A stretch of DNA of 64,000 nt, taken from Octopus vulgaris (Eukaryota). Location of the stretch: positions 201,004,001-201,068,000 of the forward strand of contig OX597815.1 of NCBI GenBank assembly GCA_951406725.2, read 5' to 3'. A model generated the notes under the pieces. The model was not told where the DNA came from and did not search any database. It saw nothing but the letters and a program-made list of their open reading frames with translations. The translations under genes and the position numbers were made by a program. Shown one piece after another: positions 27,336 through 41,572 of the stretch (within the stretch, counting starts at the first letter, position 1; each line of letters begins with the position of its first letter).

Positions 27336-28420
27336 GGGACCATAATTGAGAGACCTTCCAAGGAAGGAGGCACCAGTACTGATAAACGTGCTGCCACCAA
27401 TGTCTACAACGAAAAAGACGAAGGAGCTAAAAGACAGCTAACAAGTAAAAAAACGAATGATGACAGATTAAAAATTGAAGAACAAATCAAAAGAGAGCCC
27501 CGAATTACGAAGAAAAGATACAAGCCGGATAGTCCATACGCGATGGTACAAATATTTAGGAAGCGTTGACAAGTGTTGCAAAGTGAGTTAACTCTCCGCG
27601 CTCGTTGACTGCTGGTATGGAGATGACGGAGCAGACTGCCATTTCCTACACCTAAACCCATTTCACAGACGAAACAAAGGCAAAACTAAACGCTTCTCTC
27701 CAAAAGGACCAAAGGACAAGGAAAGACCTGGGTATTGACATGAGTAACGATGGGTCTTTCCATGTGCATATTACTAAATTGTTAATAATACGCATACTAT
27801 TAGCCGGATAGATCCTTCGAATTTCAGAACTAGAGATCAGGAAGTCATGATGGCCCTCTGGAAAATATTTGACCTCAGCCGTTTCGATTAATGCTCCCAA
27901 ATATAAATATGGTTGATACACAGTGTAAAATTAACAACAGAACACGGAGCAATACAGTAATGCTACACAAAAATGATTGTCGTCACAATGCGTCATGAGA
28001 CTGTAAAAGTTAAGACTGTACTCCCTGGAAGGATGGAGGATAGATACGCAGGAAAATCCTAGAAGAACTTGTAGGAACAGAACGGGGCGCCACTGCATAG
28101 TACAAAAATTCTAACATTGCCATCAGGATACAGGATTAGATCCTGCAGCAGCTTGGCCTTCACAGGCCCACAGCTCTTCACTATCTCTCACAAAGTCCGA
28201 GAGCCCCCACGTGTGGTGGACGTAGGTGTCTTCAAAAGAAAACGGAACCTCAACCTCTCAAGAGTTCCCGATGAGCCCACTTGACTGTAAGAAACAAAGA
28301 TGAAGACAGCAACATGAAACTCCCTCATTCAATAAATACCACAGATCACAGAAATTTCAGTGCAAGTTTAACTAAGCCAACGGCAATGCCTCAGCATCGA
28401 GCTGAAACTAGAAAATTATA
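27335..28420 (+). pseudogene. Decayed CR1-group LINE 3' fragment
   Basis: KDLGIDMS, SLAFTGPQLF and LSRVPDEP resemble the C-terminus of the 2961-7210 ORF2. The end is cagcat..gagctgaaact. Confidence 0.65.
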
Positions 28421-28653
28421 TATATTCATGAGGTTTGCTCATATCTATTTAACTTTTTTTCAGCATAATTTTCTGCAGAGACCAGTGTTGATGATTTCGA
28501 TCCGGGTCTGCAGCGTTCTACAGAAGAAAGAAATCGTACATAAGATTTATAATTTTCCATTGACATTTTAACCGGTTTATTGTTCTGTATATTTTCCGGT
28601 CATTTATTGATGAATGCATATATGCAACTCCACTTCAACCCACCACTCCCTAG

Positions 28654-28689
<36 letters not shown>

Positions 28690-28734
28690 GTAACAGGAAA
28701 TGAGGAATTTCGATTATTCCCACGTCGTGAGTTG

Positions 28735-28984
28735 TAAGAAATTAAAAAAGGAACATACACGCACTTTACATAGTTTTAATATAATTTTTAATATATCGAC
28801 CGGTTTCGATTTCGCTAGTCATGATATTATGGTTTACTTATGGTTTACGTATTGAAATATGGCTTACTTATTCAAATAAATAAACCATAAAATCATGAAT
28901 AGCAAATGCGAAACCGGACAATATATTAAAAAAATTATATGAAAACTATGTAAATTGTGCTTATTTTCCTTTTTTAATTTCTTA
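28735..28984. mobile_element. Foldback element with two outward-reading hammerhead-like motifs (A3-U8 variant)
   Basis: Inverted arms 28735-28840 and 28877-28984. Motifs at 28793-28827 (-) and 28890-28924 (+). Lies between TA tracts. Confidence 0.75.
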
Positions 28985-29682
28985 TATATATATAAAAGCA
29001 TTTTACATATATTTATGTACACACACAGACACACACATACACACACACACATTCAGGCACACTTTTTCCTCTCTCTATCTACATTTTCTCCTCATTTTTT
29101 CTGTAAAAAGCCTATGCTCGAAACATATATTACCTAATCGTCAAACTAATACGTCCTGTTTGTTGTTCACTTAGCTGTCTCTGTTTTCTTTGTATTCATG
29201 TATACAATTTTGAAGCATACATATATGTCCGATATATAGTTAAATAAATAGAAAGTCAGGCAACGAGACAGACATACAAATTGATATTTCTTTATGTACT
29301 TATGTAATGCTTTTATTTAATTATTTTTGTTGTCTTGGCATCGGAAAGTTTTTGATAAATACATGTAACGTCTTCAACTACAGCAATAGGTAGAATTGTT
29401 TTCTGACATGTCAAAGTTAATCAGAATTCGTTGAAAATGAATGTACGTCTGCAACTGCAATGACTGAGGAATTTCAGACTCACTCTTCATCTTCTTGGAA
29501 AATGTTGTTTATTTATATACTTAAAGATATGGAACAATTACTGAGCGCAGATTATAATATTGCTTTTCAGCAATCGGACGTTTCATTTTCTGTGCTATAT
29601 ATGATATGATATGATATGGTATGATATGATATATGATATGGTATGATATGATATATATATATATATATAAATATATATATAT

Positions 29683-31020
29683 GGAAGGCAGTGGGAATGA
29701 AACAACAGGGAGTTTGGACAAGATGGAAGAATGCGGTTGAGAAGAAAGTGACCCGGGTTGAGCTGTGGGAAGCCGAACCTCACCGCATTCCTCATCCAGG
29801 CACTGTAGGATATGCTTGCAATCGCATCAAAACTGCTCACATTGAACATAGCAGAGACACCAGCATGTGCGCTGTGTTCCATCGCCTGGAATAAGCTTTT
29901 GAGAGAAAGTTCTCCAGGTCCGCGAATCTGGTCAGTGACAGCCAGCGAGCTGGTTGGAAAGCGAGGTGTCTCTCAGAGGAAGTTGGATGCAGGGGTTTCG
30001 CAGCCTTCAGCGGTTTGGGCATCGAGAGAATGTGGAGGAAGGCTATCTGCAGTACCACCGATGTGGTAGAGAGGCCTCAAGATGTCTATGGATCCGTGGA
30101 ATAAGCTGCCGGACGAGATAGTGAAGATGCCGACGACCGCTCGGTTCAAAGTCTCCCTTGACCAAAAATGGCCTGAACTCTTTACATGAACACCACCCTG
30201 TACATAACTCCATGTCCCCCTACATGGCCTTGCTTTTTGCTTTTTGAGCCAAAAACTTAACTAACTAAGTAACTAAGCGTGGAACCCTATGACACATTGT
30301 CAGCTTCTGCACAGGTGCACTTAGGGAAGGGCTGCATCGCTGGATGCATAACCAAGTCCTTAAGACCACCGCTGAAGCCATGAACGAAGGACTTGTGTAG
30401 GCGAAGCGGTTCCGACCCTCCAAGAAAACCATCGCCTTTGTCAGAGCAGGGGCACACCCAACCCCTGACAGAAAAACCTCGGTGGAATCCTAACATCTGT
30501 ATGAGACTGGCAGTTACTGGTGGATCTTGAGCGTCAGCTGAAGTTCCCTGGCCACATTGTGGTCACCACCCTGCGACCAGACATTGTCTTGTTTGCTGAG
30601 TTCTCCAAGCAAGTGGTGCGGCTGGAGCTGACTGTCCCATGGGAAGATCGCCTGGAATAAGCTTTTGAGAGAAAGTTCTCCAAGTACGCGAATCTGGACA
30701 GTGACTGCCAGCGAGCTGGTTGGAAAGCGAGGTGTCTCCCAGTGGAAGTTTGATGCAGGGGTTTGGTAGCCTTCAGCGGTTTGAGCATCGAGAGAATGAG
30801 GAGGAAGGCTATCTGCAGTACCACCGATGCGGTAGAAAGGGCCTCAAGATGTCTATGGTTCAAAAGAGGAGAGCCACGCGCTAGCTAGGTGGCCATCTGG
30901 ACACAAGCTGGTGTTTCTGATCATCCCCAGCTAGGTCAGCTGGAAGAGGGTAATGCCGAAAGACCCGAAAGAACCGATGATACGAAGCACATCACTGAAG
31001 ATGTGTCCAGATACATCAGT
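29683..31020 (+). mobile_element. HERO-like (restriction-like endonuclease) non-LTR 3' fragment, decayed
   Basis: QQGVWTRW..AVEKKVT..ELWEAEPHRI, ETPACALCS|KRGTL.HIVSFC, RWMHNQVL, TTLRPDIVL...ELTVPWEDR, ASRCLW. Stop codons are present. Confidence 0.85.
30092..30274 (+). mobile_element. CR1-like LINE 3' end with (TAAC)n tail, nested in the HERO-like element
   Basis: WNKLPDEIVKMPTTARFKVSLDQKW followed by a short UTR and taactaactaagtaact. Confidence 0.8.
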
Positions 31021-31039
31021 CATCATTGGGAGTGGAGCT

Positions 31040-31235
31040 AGTAGACGGAAACTGAAAAGAAGCACGTTGTAAATATATTCTTGTTTCAGTCATTCGACCC
31101 GAGGATTTAGTCTTAGTTAGCCTAGTACTTATTCTAACGGTTCTTTTTCTCAACCGCTAAGTTACGAGGACGTAAACACACCAGCATCCGTTGTCAAGTG
31201 GTAGTGGGGGAAGAAACACAGACACACAAATACAT
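31040..31235. mobile_element. Rearranged SINE family A pieces (short plus-strand middle segment, then inverted 3' half)
   Basis: gtagacggaaactgaaaagaagc (+) followed by cttgtttcagtcatt...agtacttatt...gttgtcaag (-). Confidence 0.7.
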
Positions 31236-31262
31236 ACATAAATACATATATATATATATATA

Positions 31263-31458
31263 TAAAGTTAATCCAAACATGAAAACACCAAGAGAAAACA
31301 CAACAACGCGAGGACGTGGAACAAATATCGTATTATTGGACGCTCAGAAAGGAAGGGAATAAGGAGAGTTTAACGTTTCGAGCGGAGCTCTTCGTGGGAA
31401 ACATGGAGAAGGAAAGATCTAGAGAAGGGAAGACAGAAGAAAAAAATAGCCAACGGTA
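31263..31458 (-). mobile_element. Family H1-related short element with hammerhead-like motif (31368-31402)
   Basis: Minus strand GUUU cCCACGA a GAGC ucc GCUC GAAA CG UU AAAC, with the 5' core decayed. Lies between (TA)n and (CA)n. Confidence 0.65.
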
Positions 31459-31468
31459 CACACACACA

Positions 31469-31585
<117 letters not shown>

Positions 31586-32134
31586 TCTTAACCTGTTTCA
31601 ATGTTAACACCATATGTTGATGGTGATTGCCCCGGTTTATTCCTCCTTAGCTAGTTCTCTAGAGCGGTCTCTGCAATATTGGTCAAACGAGTATAAGGCA
31701 TTCAGTTTCCATTTACCGAACCCATCTTTGATCTCAAATTTGTAGTCAGTTTAGCCCATAATTTCGAATTCTGGACAAGCTATGTCATCCCTATCTATTG
31801 TGCTACAAAATACTCTATCTAGATAGCATCGGGAATACACAGTACTGTTTACATATGCTCACATTACCACATACGAGTAATCCAGTCGGTATTTGGCAGC
31901 CAGTTGGAAACAACTTGGATTTTCGTAGATTTTACAAGAAAAACAGTGAATTATTATTATGTCTCATTCCTTCTCCTGGGTATTGGAATTTATAACTGGA
32001 ATTCGACCAATGTTGACAAAGGCCGATAGAAAGTAAATGATGTAGAAACCTTCTTAGGAAATGTAATAGTAAAAATACTTTCGGATACGGAAATGTGCAC
32101 ATTGTTTTCTCAAGGCAAACTGACCGGTTATTTT

Positions 32135-32430
32135 TGTCAAGATTCACCAGGAAAGCTAGTGCTTCCTGTGAGATATATCAGTATGAAAAGACGATAATAT
32201 ATCTCTGAGGAAATGGAGCGACTTTCCAAATAAAGAGATCGGAAAATAAGGACGAACAGAATGCGAATATTGAAATTAGGAACAATACCTATTATATCAG
32301 ATGTCTTCTGAATGATTAAAACAGATGCAGACAAATAGATAACCAAAATCCCATGGCGTAGACTTCCACACAAAACACAGTTAATTGCACTTACTATTCA
32401 TGGCATACATCATTACGCTTCAACACTACG
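32135..32430 (+). pseudogene. Old R4/Dong-like endonuclease fragment
   Basis: DDNISL, EMERLSK and GTIPII are collinear with the 45319 copy. Confidence 0.55.
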
Positions 32431-33521
32431 TTTAGTGACAAGCAGACATATTTATCTTATGAATACTTCTCATTAAAGACACATTAATAAATTCTATCAT
32501 AAAACGATAAAATAATTAGTACCGGTGTTATAATTAATGTGAAACAAAAACACTGGACGTTAATAATATGCCATCATAAGAACTTGTAAACTTTCGGGAA
32601 AAGTAGAATAATTATATTGGAATTATATCTCGAAGTACTTATATATCTATTAATAGCTGTTTGTAAATATTGGGTTGTAAAGTCCTTTTCTATAGCAATA
32701 AAAAAAATTGATGCATATTTATGGTACTCGAACCTTCGTCTCTTGTATATATATGACAGGCATTCTAACACCGTACAAATCAATCGCTTGAATTAGTTTC
32801 TGTTTTACAAATTTTATTTTTAACAACGAGAATTGTTTGTTGATGTCATTTTTTTTTTAAATTTAGAAAGAAGTGAAACAATCCTGTTTTACAAAGTTCA
32901 GTGATAGAATATTGTCCTGTCGTCTACAGGATATGTGGTTTCCAACCTCACTGGTAACCTTCGTCTTTTGTTATCCCAAATCTTTCCTAACTATTTATAG
33001 TTTGTGTATATACACCTAGTGAACGCGCATGGCTTAGAGGTTAGAGTATTCCGATCTTAAGATGGTGAGTTCAGTTCCCAGCGGTACGCTGTGTTCTCCA
33101 GCAATGTAATTTAAAAGTGGTGGTGCAGATGGAAGAACAAAGCAGAAAAACATGTATGAAAAATAAAATATGGGAATGGGCAATTGGTTAAATATTAAAA
33201 ATAACGAATATTTGCTTTTAGTTGAGTTGTCGTTGAGTAATTATTACTTTCGAGGTTCTGCTAGCCAGGAAACATATATAGACTGGATATGAATTTGGAT
33301 TTTTATTCACATTGATAGCAACCCTAGATGCTAACCGTGAACTATAAAAAAAAAACCTTCTTTCAACTTATTGAACCTCTATAGGGGGGAAAAAAAACCA
33401 AAGACCTTTTTACGCCTATAAAGTACTATTGTTCCTGAAAGTTGTGCATCATACTTACGAAATTCCTTGGATCTTATAATTATATATATATATATGTATA
33501 TCTATCTGTCTATCTATCTAT

Positions 33522-33590
<69 letters not shown>

Positions 33591-34244
33591 TGTATGTGTG
33601 TGTGTATGTATTTGTGGGTGCATGTGTGTGTATAGTTAGGTATATGTCTGGTCATAGAGCGACCAGTGGTTTGTATGTGTGTTTTGTCTTCTTCAAGGAA
33701 ATTCCAATTCAGTATTATTTCCATGTTTTATTATTTGCAATTTTTGCAATTTAAAATTTTACAATATTGAAATAAACTAGGACTTTCATACTTAACGCAA
33801 TTGATAGGTTTATGTAGTGACACTCGTGTTACACAATTAGAACTGCAGCGAAATTTTCTGATTTATCCTTTAAATCTCCTCCAATCGGTTCTAGTAGTCT
33901 AAACTTTATGAAACTCTATGTTGACCAATCAGCATGTGGATCAGATGTCACGGACTGGTGAGCGCGCCAACTATGTTCTCACTGTATTTGAACCAATCCC
34001 CCTATGTGGTTTAAACGTCAACATCAAGGTTTCTTTACTTTTACCGCGCCTTGAGGAATAATTGGTTGATTTTGGAATGTTGTAAACAACATACCAGTTT
34101 TCATTGAATTGTATTGTTACTCCAGAAATTTTCACATTTCAATCGAGGCAATTTTCATTTGATCAACACTGCTATCATGCTCCCATCACCTTCATTATTG
34201 TGGCTAGTGGTGGCGGTGGTAGATCTACTAATAAGAGTAGTATC

Positions 34245-34421
<177 letters not shown>

Positions 34422-34559
34422 CCTCATAATTACCATCGTTGCTATAACTGTCCATTTTGAACGGGTTTGAATTTATGAATGAAATTTTCTTCTCTGAATT
34501 TTTACTCAATTTCAGTTGATTCGTGTAGTTTGTAGAATAGAAATATCATAAAATTTCTT

Positions 34560-35090
34560 TTGACCACATGTTGTCAGATAGTTGCTTAAATGTATCTGAT
34601 GGATATCAAGGTTCCGAATATGTTATCGGTGCATAAGCGAATGTTCAGATAATGCGTTGCCAGCTAGACCAACCTATATCGCTTCACATGTTCCTCACTC
34701 TAAATGGGAAGGCTGGAAACTTTGGAAACGTGCAGTGACGTCCAGTTCGCGAGCTCCTATAGCTCTCGATTCCAACCTTTCGAGCCTTCGCCTCCAGGAT
34801 CTTCCATTCATATATTACTACATACCCACCCCGCCTTGACTCCAGGAAGTAAAGTCGTAGCTCTTTCCGTCTCGCCCAGTAGTTCAGCTGTTCCATTGGT
34901 GTAATCTTCCTGGTTTAACACCGCTGAGTTACACTCGAGTTCTGCTATTAATTTGATACTGTCGGATGACCACATATGAGAGCAGCAATCCAGAGAGCTG
35001 AGAACGAATGTCCTTTATCCATCTTGGTGATATGTACGTGAAGCATGGCATCGTTGCTCATATCAATCCCCAGATCACCCACTATCTGAT
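34560..35090 (-). pseudogene. Decayed CR1-group LINE RT C-terminal fragment
   Basis: LNYWARRKELRLYFLESRRGGYVVIYEWKIL versus LDYWGRLEKLKLYSLQRRRERYIICMMYKIF in ORF2 above. Confidence 0.75.
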
Positions 35091-35259
35091 TCTCAGTTTG
35101 CCTATATATATGCACACGTATATATGCATGTATATATGTACGTGGGTATGTCTGTGTGTGTGTTTGTGTGGGTTGTGTATGCGAACGTGCATGTATGTTT
35201 ATCTCTAATTGAATGGAATATACTTGTGTTGATCCTAACTCAATCGGAGCTATAAAGTA

Positions 35260-35372
<113 letters not shown>

Positions 35373-35809
35373 GTCTGTCTGTCTCTGTGTCTGTCTGTGT
35401 GTCTGTCTGTCTGTCTATTTTCTCTCTCGCACATCTCAATATCTATGTAAACACGTTAAACACATACAGCGATAAATATCATTGCAACACTGGATACACA
35501 GAAAAAATTATCAATGAGATTCGAGAAGAGTCTTCAGCCGTATTTTTAAAATCATAAACAAATGCACTGTTTCCTATAAATGTGAAATATCTGCTATGCC
35601 AGACCAGCGCCATTTTATAACTTAGTAAGCTATCCAAGAAATGCACTTACGAAACGGCTAGTCTTCATATGCATCATTTTCCGAGTCCCGAAGCGAAAAG
35701 TGATTAGAGGTACAAATATTCTGGCGTATGTATGCATGTGCACATTAAATCCCTCTCCTTGCATACATGGACAGACAGACAAACACACACACACACATAT
35801 CTGTGTGTT

Positions 35810-35862
<53 letters not shown>

Positions 35863-35940
35863 TGTGTGTGTGTGTGCATGTATGTATCTACACATATATA
35901 TATATATAGGTACATATATACATATATATATGTATATGTG

Positions 35941-35980
<40 letters not shown>

Positions 35981-36156
35981 CATACATACATACGTATATA
36001 CGCATGTACATATATATATATATATATATGCATGGACTTATATGTACATATGCTTGTGCGTGGGCGTGTAATGTCTGAGGCTTACTCTATGTATGTATAT
36101 ATGTAAATACATACGTATATATACATATATATGTATATACATATATATATATATAT

Positions 36157-36213
<57 letters not shown>

Positions 36214-36821
36214 ATGATAGATAGATATATAGATATACGTATAAATATATGTGCCAATATGTAGTAATGTCTGAGTGTGACACTATTCCTGTATAATGGA
36301 AATATATTTTATTTTTATTATAATAGGCATACACAGAATTATTTAGTTCGTGAGGTAACATTTGCGTGCTTATTTCTATAGTAGGTTACCATTCCCATAC
36401 CAGCAAAACATACCTTTCCAATACAGAAGCATTTAATGCGGCCTTCATGCGTCCAAAACTACATCAATAGTAAAGATTGGTCGTCTGCCAGTCTAATTTC
36501 TCTGTTATTATTCAGCTTGGGTACTTCAGCGTCTGGAAATAAACCTGGCAACACGTTACGGATAACGATATGTATTTAAAGAAAGCCAACATGCCAACTG
36601 CAATATTCCCAAGTCAATAATATAGGAAGCCAATTTTTATAGCGTTAACTGAATTTTTAGAAGCTAACAAAAGAATAACCACAGTAGATGAAATAATACG
36701 TGCGTGTAAAATGATATACATGTATAACAATACATATATATGCATATATATATATATATGTAATATGCATCTCTATGTATAAGCACAATTCTGTGTGCGA
36801 ATATATATAAATAAATAAATA

Positions 36822-36856
<35 letters not shown>

Positions 36857-36857
36857 G

Positions 36858-36906
<49 letters not shown>

Positions 36907-37100
36907 GTATGTATATTTATATATTTACATATACATAAACATATATATATATATGTATATGTATATATACAAGCAAACACAAGCAGTCATATATATGATA
37001 TATATTCTAATATATCGGCGCAATTTATTGTGTGTGTATGCATGGATGTTACTGACATATAAGTACACTAATTATATGTACGCCTCTTGATATACGCAAA

Positions 37101-37152
<52 letters not shown>

Positions 37153-37454
37153 CGCATACACACAAATGTTTCCCCAGACAAAATCGTTTGGAGAAGCACA
37201 AAGAAACGGACAATCATCCGCACATACACACGTACACACCCACGCAAACACACATACACACACACGTATATAAATACATATATAAAACAAGATAGGTCTG
37301 TATTCCAATGCTTTTGGATATTCGTGTGTGCATGTGTCGTGCGATTGGGCGAGTCTGTGTTGAGGCGAGCCTCGATGAGTTGGGGCTGTATACATACATA
37401 TATGTGTGTGTTTGGGTGCGTATGTACACGCACGTGAATACAAACACATACGTA

Positions 37455-37522
<68 letters not shown>

Positions 37523-37939
37523 ATACAAAGAAGAAGAAGAAGAAGAAGAAGAAGAAGAAGAAGAAGAAGAAGAAGAAGAAGAAGAAGAAAAAGAATCCTT
37601 GCACTGCTATGCGCGTTTCGACAAATTACTTGTTACTTACGATCATAGTCCGTATTCCTGGGATGATTACAGTACAACCCGTATCTTCGATGGACATCAG
37701 GTGGATCAGAATTCCCGCTTTCATTTCATCAGGGGATGTAGAATTAAAGCTTAAAGCAACGAATATATAACTGACAGGTGTTTATCAATTTTCCCCTGCC
37801 AAGAGTTTCATTGAGGTGTGTGAGCTGTTCTGCATATTTGGTGCGGAACAACAGAGAAAGATACAGTCACACACAACATGTACTGACGGATGCACACAAA
37901 AATATATATGTGTGTGCTTGTGTTAATGCGTGTCTAGTG

Positions 37940-37971
<32 letters not shown>

Positions 37972-37973
<2 letters not shown>

Positions 37974-38123
37974 CTTTATTTAAAAGCAGCAGAAATTCAA
38001 CAACACCTGTTGCTCGGAGTTTCACATTCCCGTTCGTCGGACAGTTTTGTTAAAATATTACCCTACCCCTGGTATTTGAGTACTCTTTTTTCCACCTTGT
38101 TTCACATTCATGTGTTTACTCCG

Positions 38124-38128
<5 letters not shown>
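37972..38128 (-). mobile_element. Short (TA)n-flanked element with hammerhead-like motif (38007-38044)
   Basis: Minus strand CUGU-CCGACGA-ACG ggaa UGU-GAAA-CUC c GAG-CA-ACAG. Two core transitions (U4C, U16.1C). Confidence 0.6.
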
Positions 38129-38217
<89 letters not shown>

Positions 38218-39650
38218 AAATATACAGATAAGGAAATAATTTTATTCTGAAACGCATATATATTTGTGAGTGTGTGTGTATATATCAATGTGTGTATATA
38301 AATACATGCATACTCATGAGCATGCTAATGCAGCTGCAAATACGAATGTGTCTGGCGGTCCATTTTGTCTATATTAGTTCGATGCATACCTGCTTACTAT
38401 TGACGTTTGCAGAAATTATACGGACGCCATGTTAGTTTAGTTTCATTTTGAGAGTTACAGAGTAATACACTTTTTCACCATGTACAGAATGGATGCTTAT
38501 AATTGTGTCATTAACACATTAAGCAGTGATGATTATAATAACGTATTTAGAACTCTTTTACACTCTCTGGTTGATTCGATCGTCGATATCTGATATGTTC
38601 CGACATGTCCGTAGTGCATGTGCCTGCAACAAGAGAAATAACTATTCTACTCCAGTACCTCATTTTTCTTTTATATGTATGTGTGTCTCTGTATATAATT
38701 GTACTTTTTACTGCTATATCCATATACATTTTAGAATGTGTTTAATATCTGCACGCCGTCAAAGTATTTTTGTACTTCGCTATAGCTTATAAATAAGCAA
38801 ACGCATATTTCCTTCTATGCAGGCTTCTAATAAAAAGCTAATTTCATAAGATAGAAATATATAGATATAGACATATGTTAGTTATATGCAGATAACGTTT
38901 ATGTCTTTATAGCTGATAATATTTATAGTTATTAATAGTCTTTTTGAAACTTGCTACTAGTTCAAATATGCTCTAGGCATATTGGAAGCCATAAAAAAAC
39001 CATTCACTGCTTTTTATCATGTAGTAAATTTGTCGTTGTTGAGTCTATAGTGTAAACAAATAACCTGCGAACACGTCGATGTAGCTCGAAGCGCTCCTAA
39101 CAAGACTGATGGATCCTGATGGAGTGATTATCGCCCTTTCAGTACTAGACCGGTTTTTAGATATTTCTCGCTGAACTTCTGACATGTGAAGCTCCTTAGT
39201 CTGAGAAATGTAGGACATGGTACATGCATGTGTGTTTACGTTTTTGAATACGTTATGAGATAGCTTGTGAGAGAATGAGGTGTGTGTATGAAACACAACT
39301 GAGCTGAGAGAAAAAAAAAATTGAGATTAGCTAGTGGCATAAATTTCGACAAAATTCCAATAAATTATATTTAATACCAAACATGTTTTACGCTCACTAT
39401 CATTAGATTGGATTCAAAGAAGATATAAGATAAGTACTGTTTGTCGATGTGGAAGTTTATGTCGTAAACACGTGTTCAAAATTGTTCTCTCTCTAATCCT
39501 GATAACGAAACGCAAACAACCGGTGCATTGTTGTGCTTGCCATATCAGTTCCGGCGAGCGCTTCATAAATATAGTACCTTACCTATCAGCTTCAAATGAG
39601 CGAATGTTTGATCTTCCTAAAACTAGATGCGAAGTGCTACCTACAATAAG

Positions 39651-39715
<65 letters not shown>

Positions 39716-40472
39716 TAATAAATAAAATAAAACATATGCATATATACATACATATATATGTACGTACCTAACTCTACATGTATATATACATGCATATATG
39801 GGTACAGGACACCAAAAAAAAAACGTCGAACACAATGAGAAACGAAAACATAAACACAAAACCAAGGAATTGGACATTTTTCTTAAACAACGAAAAAATA
39901 GAGTACAGGACATACAATACAAGGAAAAATCCCCTTCTTCAGTCGCCTTTGTTTCATCTACTCCGCGTTTCAAAGGTCAAGGCAAGACATGACTTTATTG
40001 AAACATTCCTTCCCGTGAAGGACGGCTGATATCTACAAGCTTTTTTCATTCTCTCTCTGTTTACTTTCCCTTATTCCATTCTGTCGAAGAGAATATGCAC
40101 GAAACCTTTTCATTTTCCCCGACCGTCAAAGTAATATATTTGATCGTTGTTCACACATCTTTGTTCGTCTTTTGTTTTCCCATAATTTTCAACTATGTAT
40201 ATATATATAGTTATATATACACAAATATATATATATATAAGTTCATGCGTTTGCGCTTTGATATGCGTGAGTGTGTATCAGCGTTTATGTTAGCACAGGT
40301 GAGGGCTTTCCTCCTTTTGCTGCCGTTCTCTTTTTTCATCTGAAAGAGACTGACCGTACAAATGCGTGTGCACGTGCCTATCAATTTTACTCCTGATGCA
40401 TTGCTTTCGATCTCATTATGTATGTTTGTGTGTGTGTGTGTGTGTGTGAATGTTATCTGTATTACATCCATA

Positions 40473-40695
40473 AGGCGGCGAGCTGGCAGAAACGTTAGCA
40501 CGCCGGGCGTAATGCGTAGCCGTATTTCGTCTGCCGTTACGTTGTGAGTTCAAATTCCGCCGAGGTCGACTTTGCCTTTCATCCTTTCGGGGGTTGATAA
40601 ATTAAGTACCAGTTACGCGCTGGGGTCAATATAATCGACTTAATCCCTTTGTCTGTCCCCTCTATATTTAGCTCCTTGAGGGCAATAAAGAAATA
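40473..40695 (+). mobile_element. SINE family B
   Basis: Head, B box gagttcaaattcc and central gcctttcatcctttcgggg..gataaa. Flanked by a direct repeat atctgtatta(c/t)atcca. Confidence 0.92.
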
Positions 40696-41236
40696 TATCT
40701 GTATTATATCCACCGTAAATTTAATAAATTTCTCTTCGGGGATTATTGATATACAAAAATGTGAAAAAAAAACTGTACCTGTGTGTGTATTTTCGGTTGC
40801 TTTCGGTGACTTTCATACACATCTCTAACATAAAACACGTTGCGTTTCATTTGCCTGCACTGATATTCTTTACTTTAAAACTCCAGCAAAGAATGGTTTG
40901 TAAATTTAGTACAAGACTGAAATAGGTATAGCAATCGATGAACTAAATCGTTTGTAGTGGGACATCATCATAAGGGCGAAAATCCATTCATTAATTGATA
41001 TCCGTAAAGGAAACGTTTGTATACCACTGCGTTTGCTTGTTCCTGTATTCGTTCGTGCATGTGTATGTATGTTTATGTGTGAATAAAGACAGAAAGAGTG
41101 TGAAAGATAAATATGCTCGTTTTTCAGCTCATATATTATATTTCTTTTAGGAAAGAAAGCACGCAATGTGTCAGCGAAGTAAGTAAATATGATTCTGAAA
41201 TATGTATACACATTTCATCATATCAAACCATTAATC

Positions 41237-41428
41237 CCTACACATTTTTTCTCTCCGTTATTTTTATTTTCATTCCCTTGGTGTTTTTCTTTTTCTTAAT
41301 CCTTTTCTTCGAAGAGTGTAGGCTCGAAACGCCAAAGACTTTTACACTCTTCCCGAGGTTTAGGCTAATGTACCTGCATGTTATTACTACACATATCTTC
41401 GTCTTTTCTGTAAATTTGAACTACATGT
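41237..41428 (+). mobile_element. Family H1 short element (motif 41302-41338)
   Basis: cttcgaagagtgtaggctcgaaacgccaaagac. More decayed copies lie at 29060-29215 and 40030-40198. Confidence 0.6.
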
Positions 41429-41489
41429 AGATGAATGTACATGTGTATATATCTATATGTACGAATATGTACATATGTGTATGTGTGTT

Positions 41490-41572
<83 letters not shown>

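Noticed and set aside
39928-39985. Possible permuted hammerhead on the minus strand (CCUUU-GAAA-CGCG...CUGAAGA-AGGGG)
   Set aside because: No UH site or convincing stem I. Kept only as a possible remnant.
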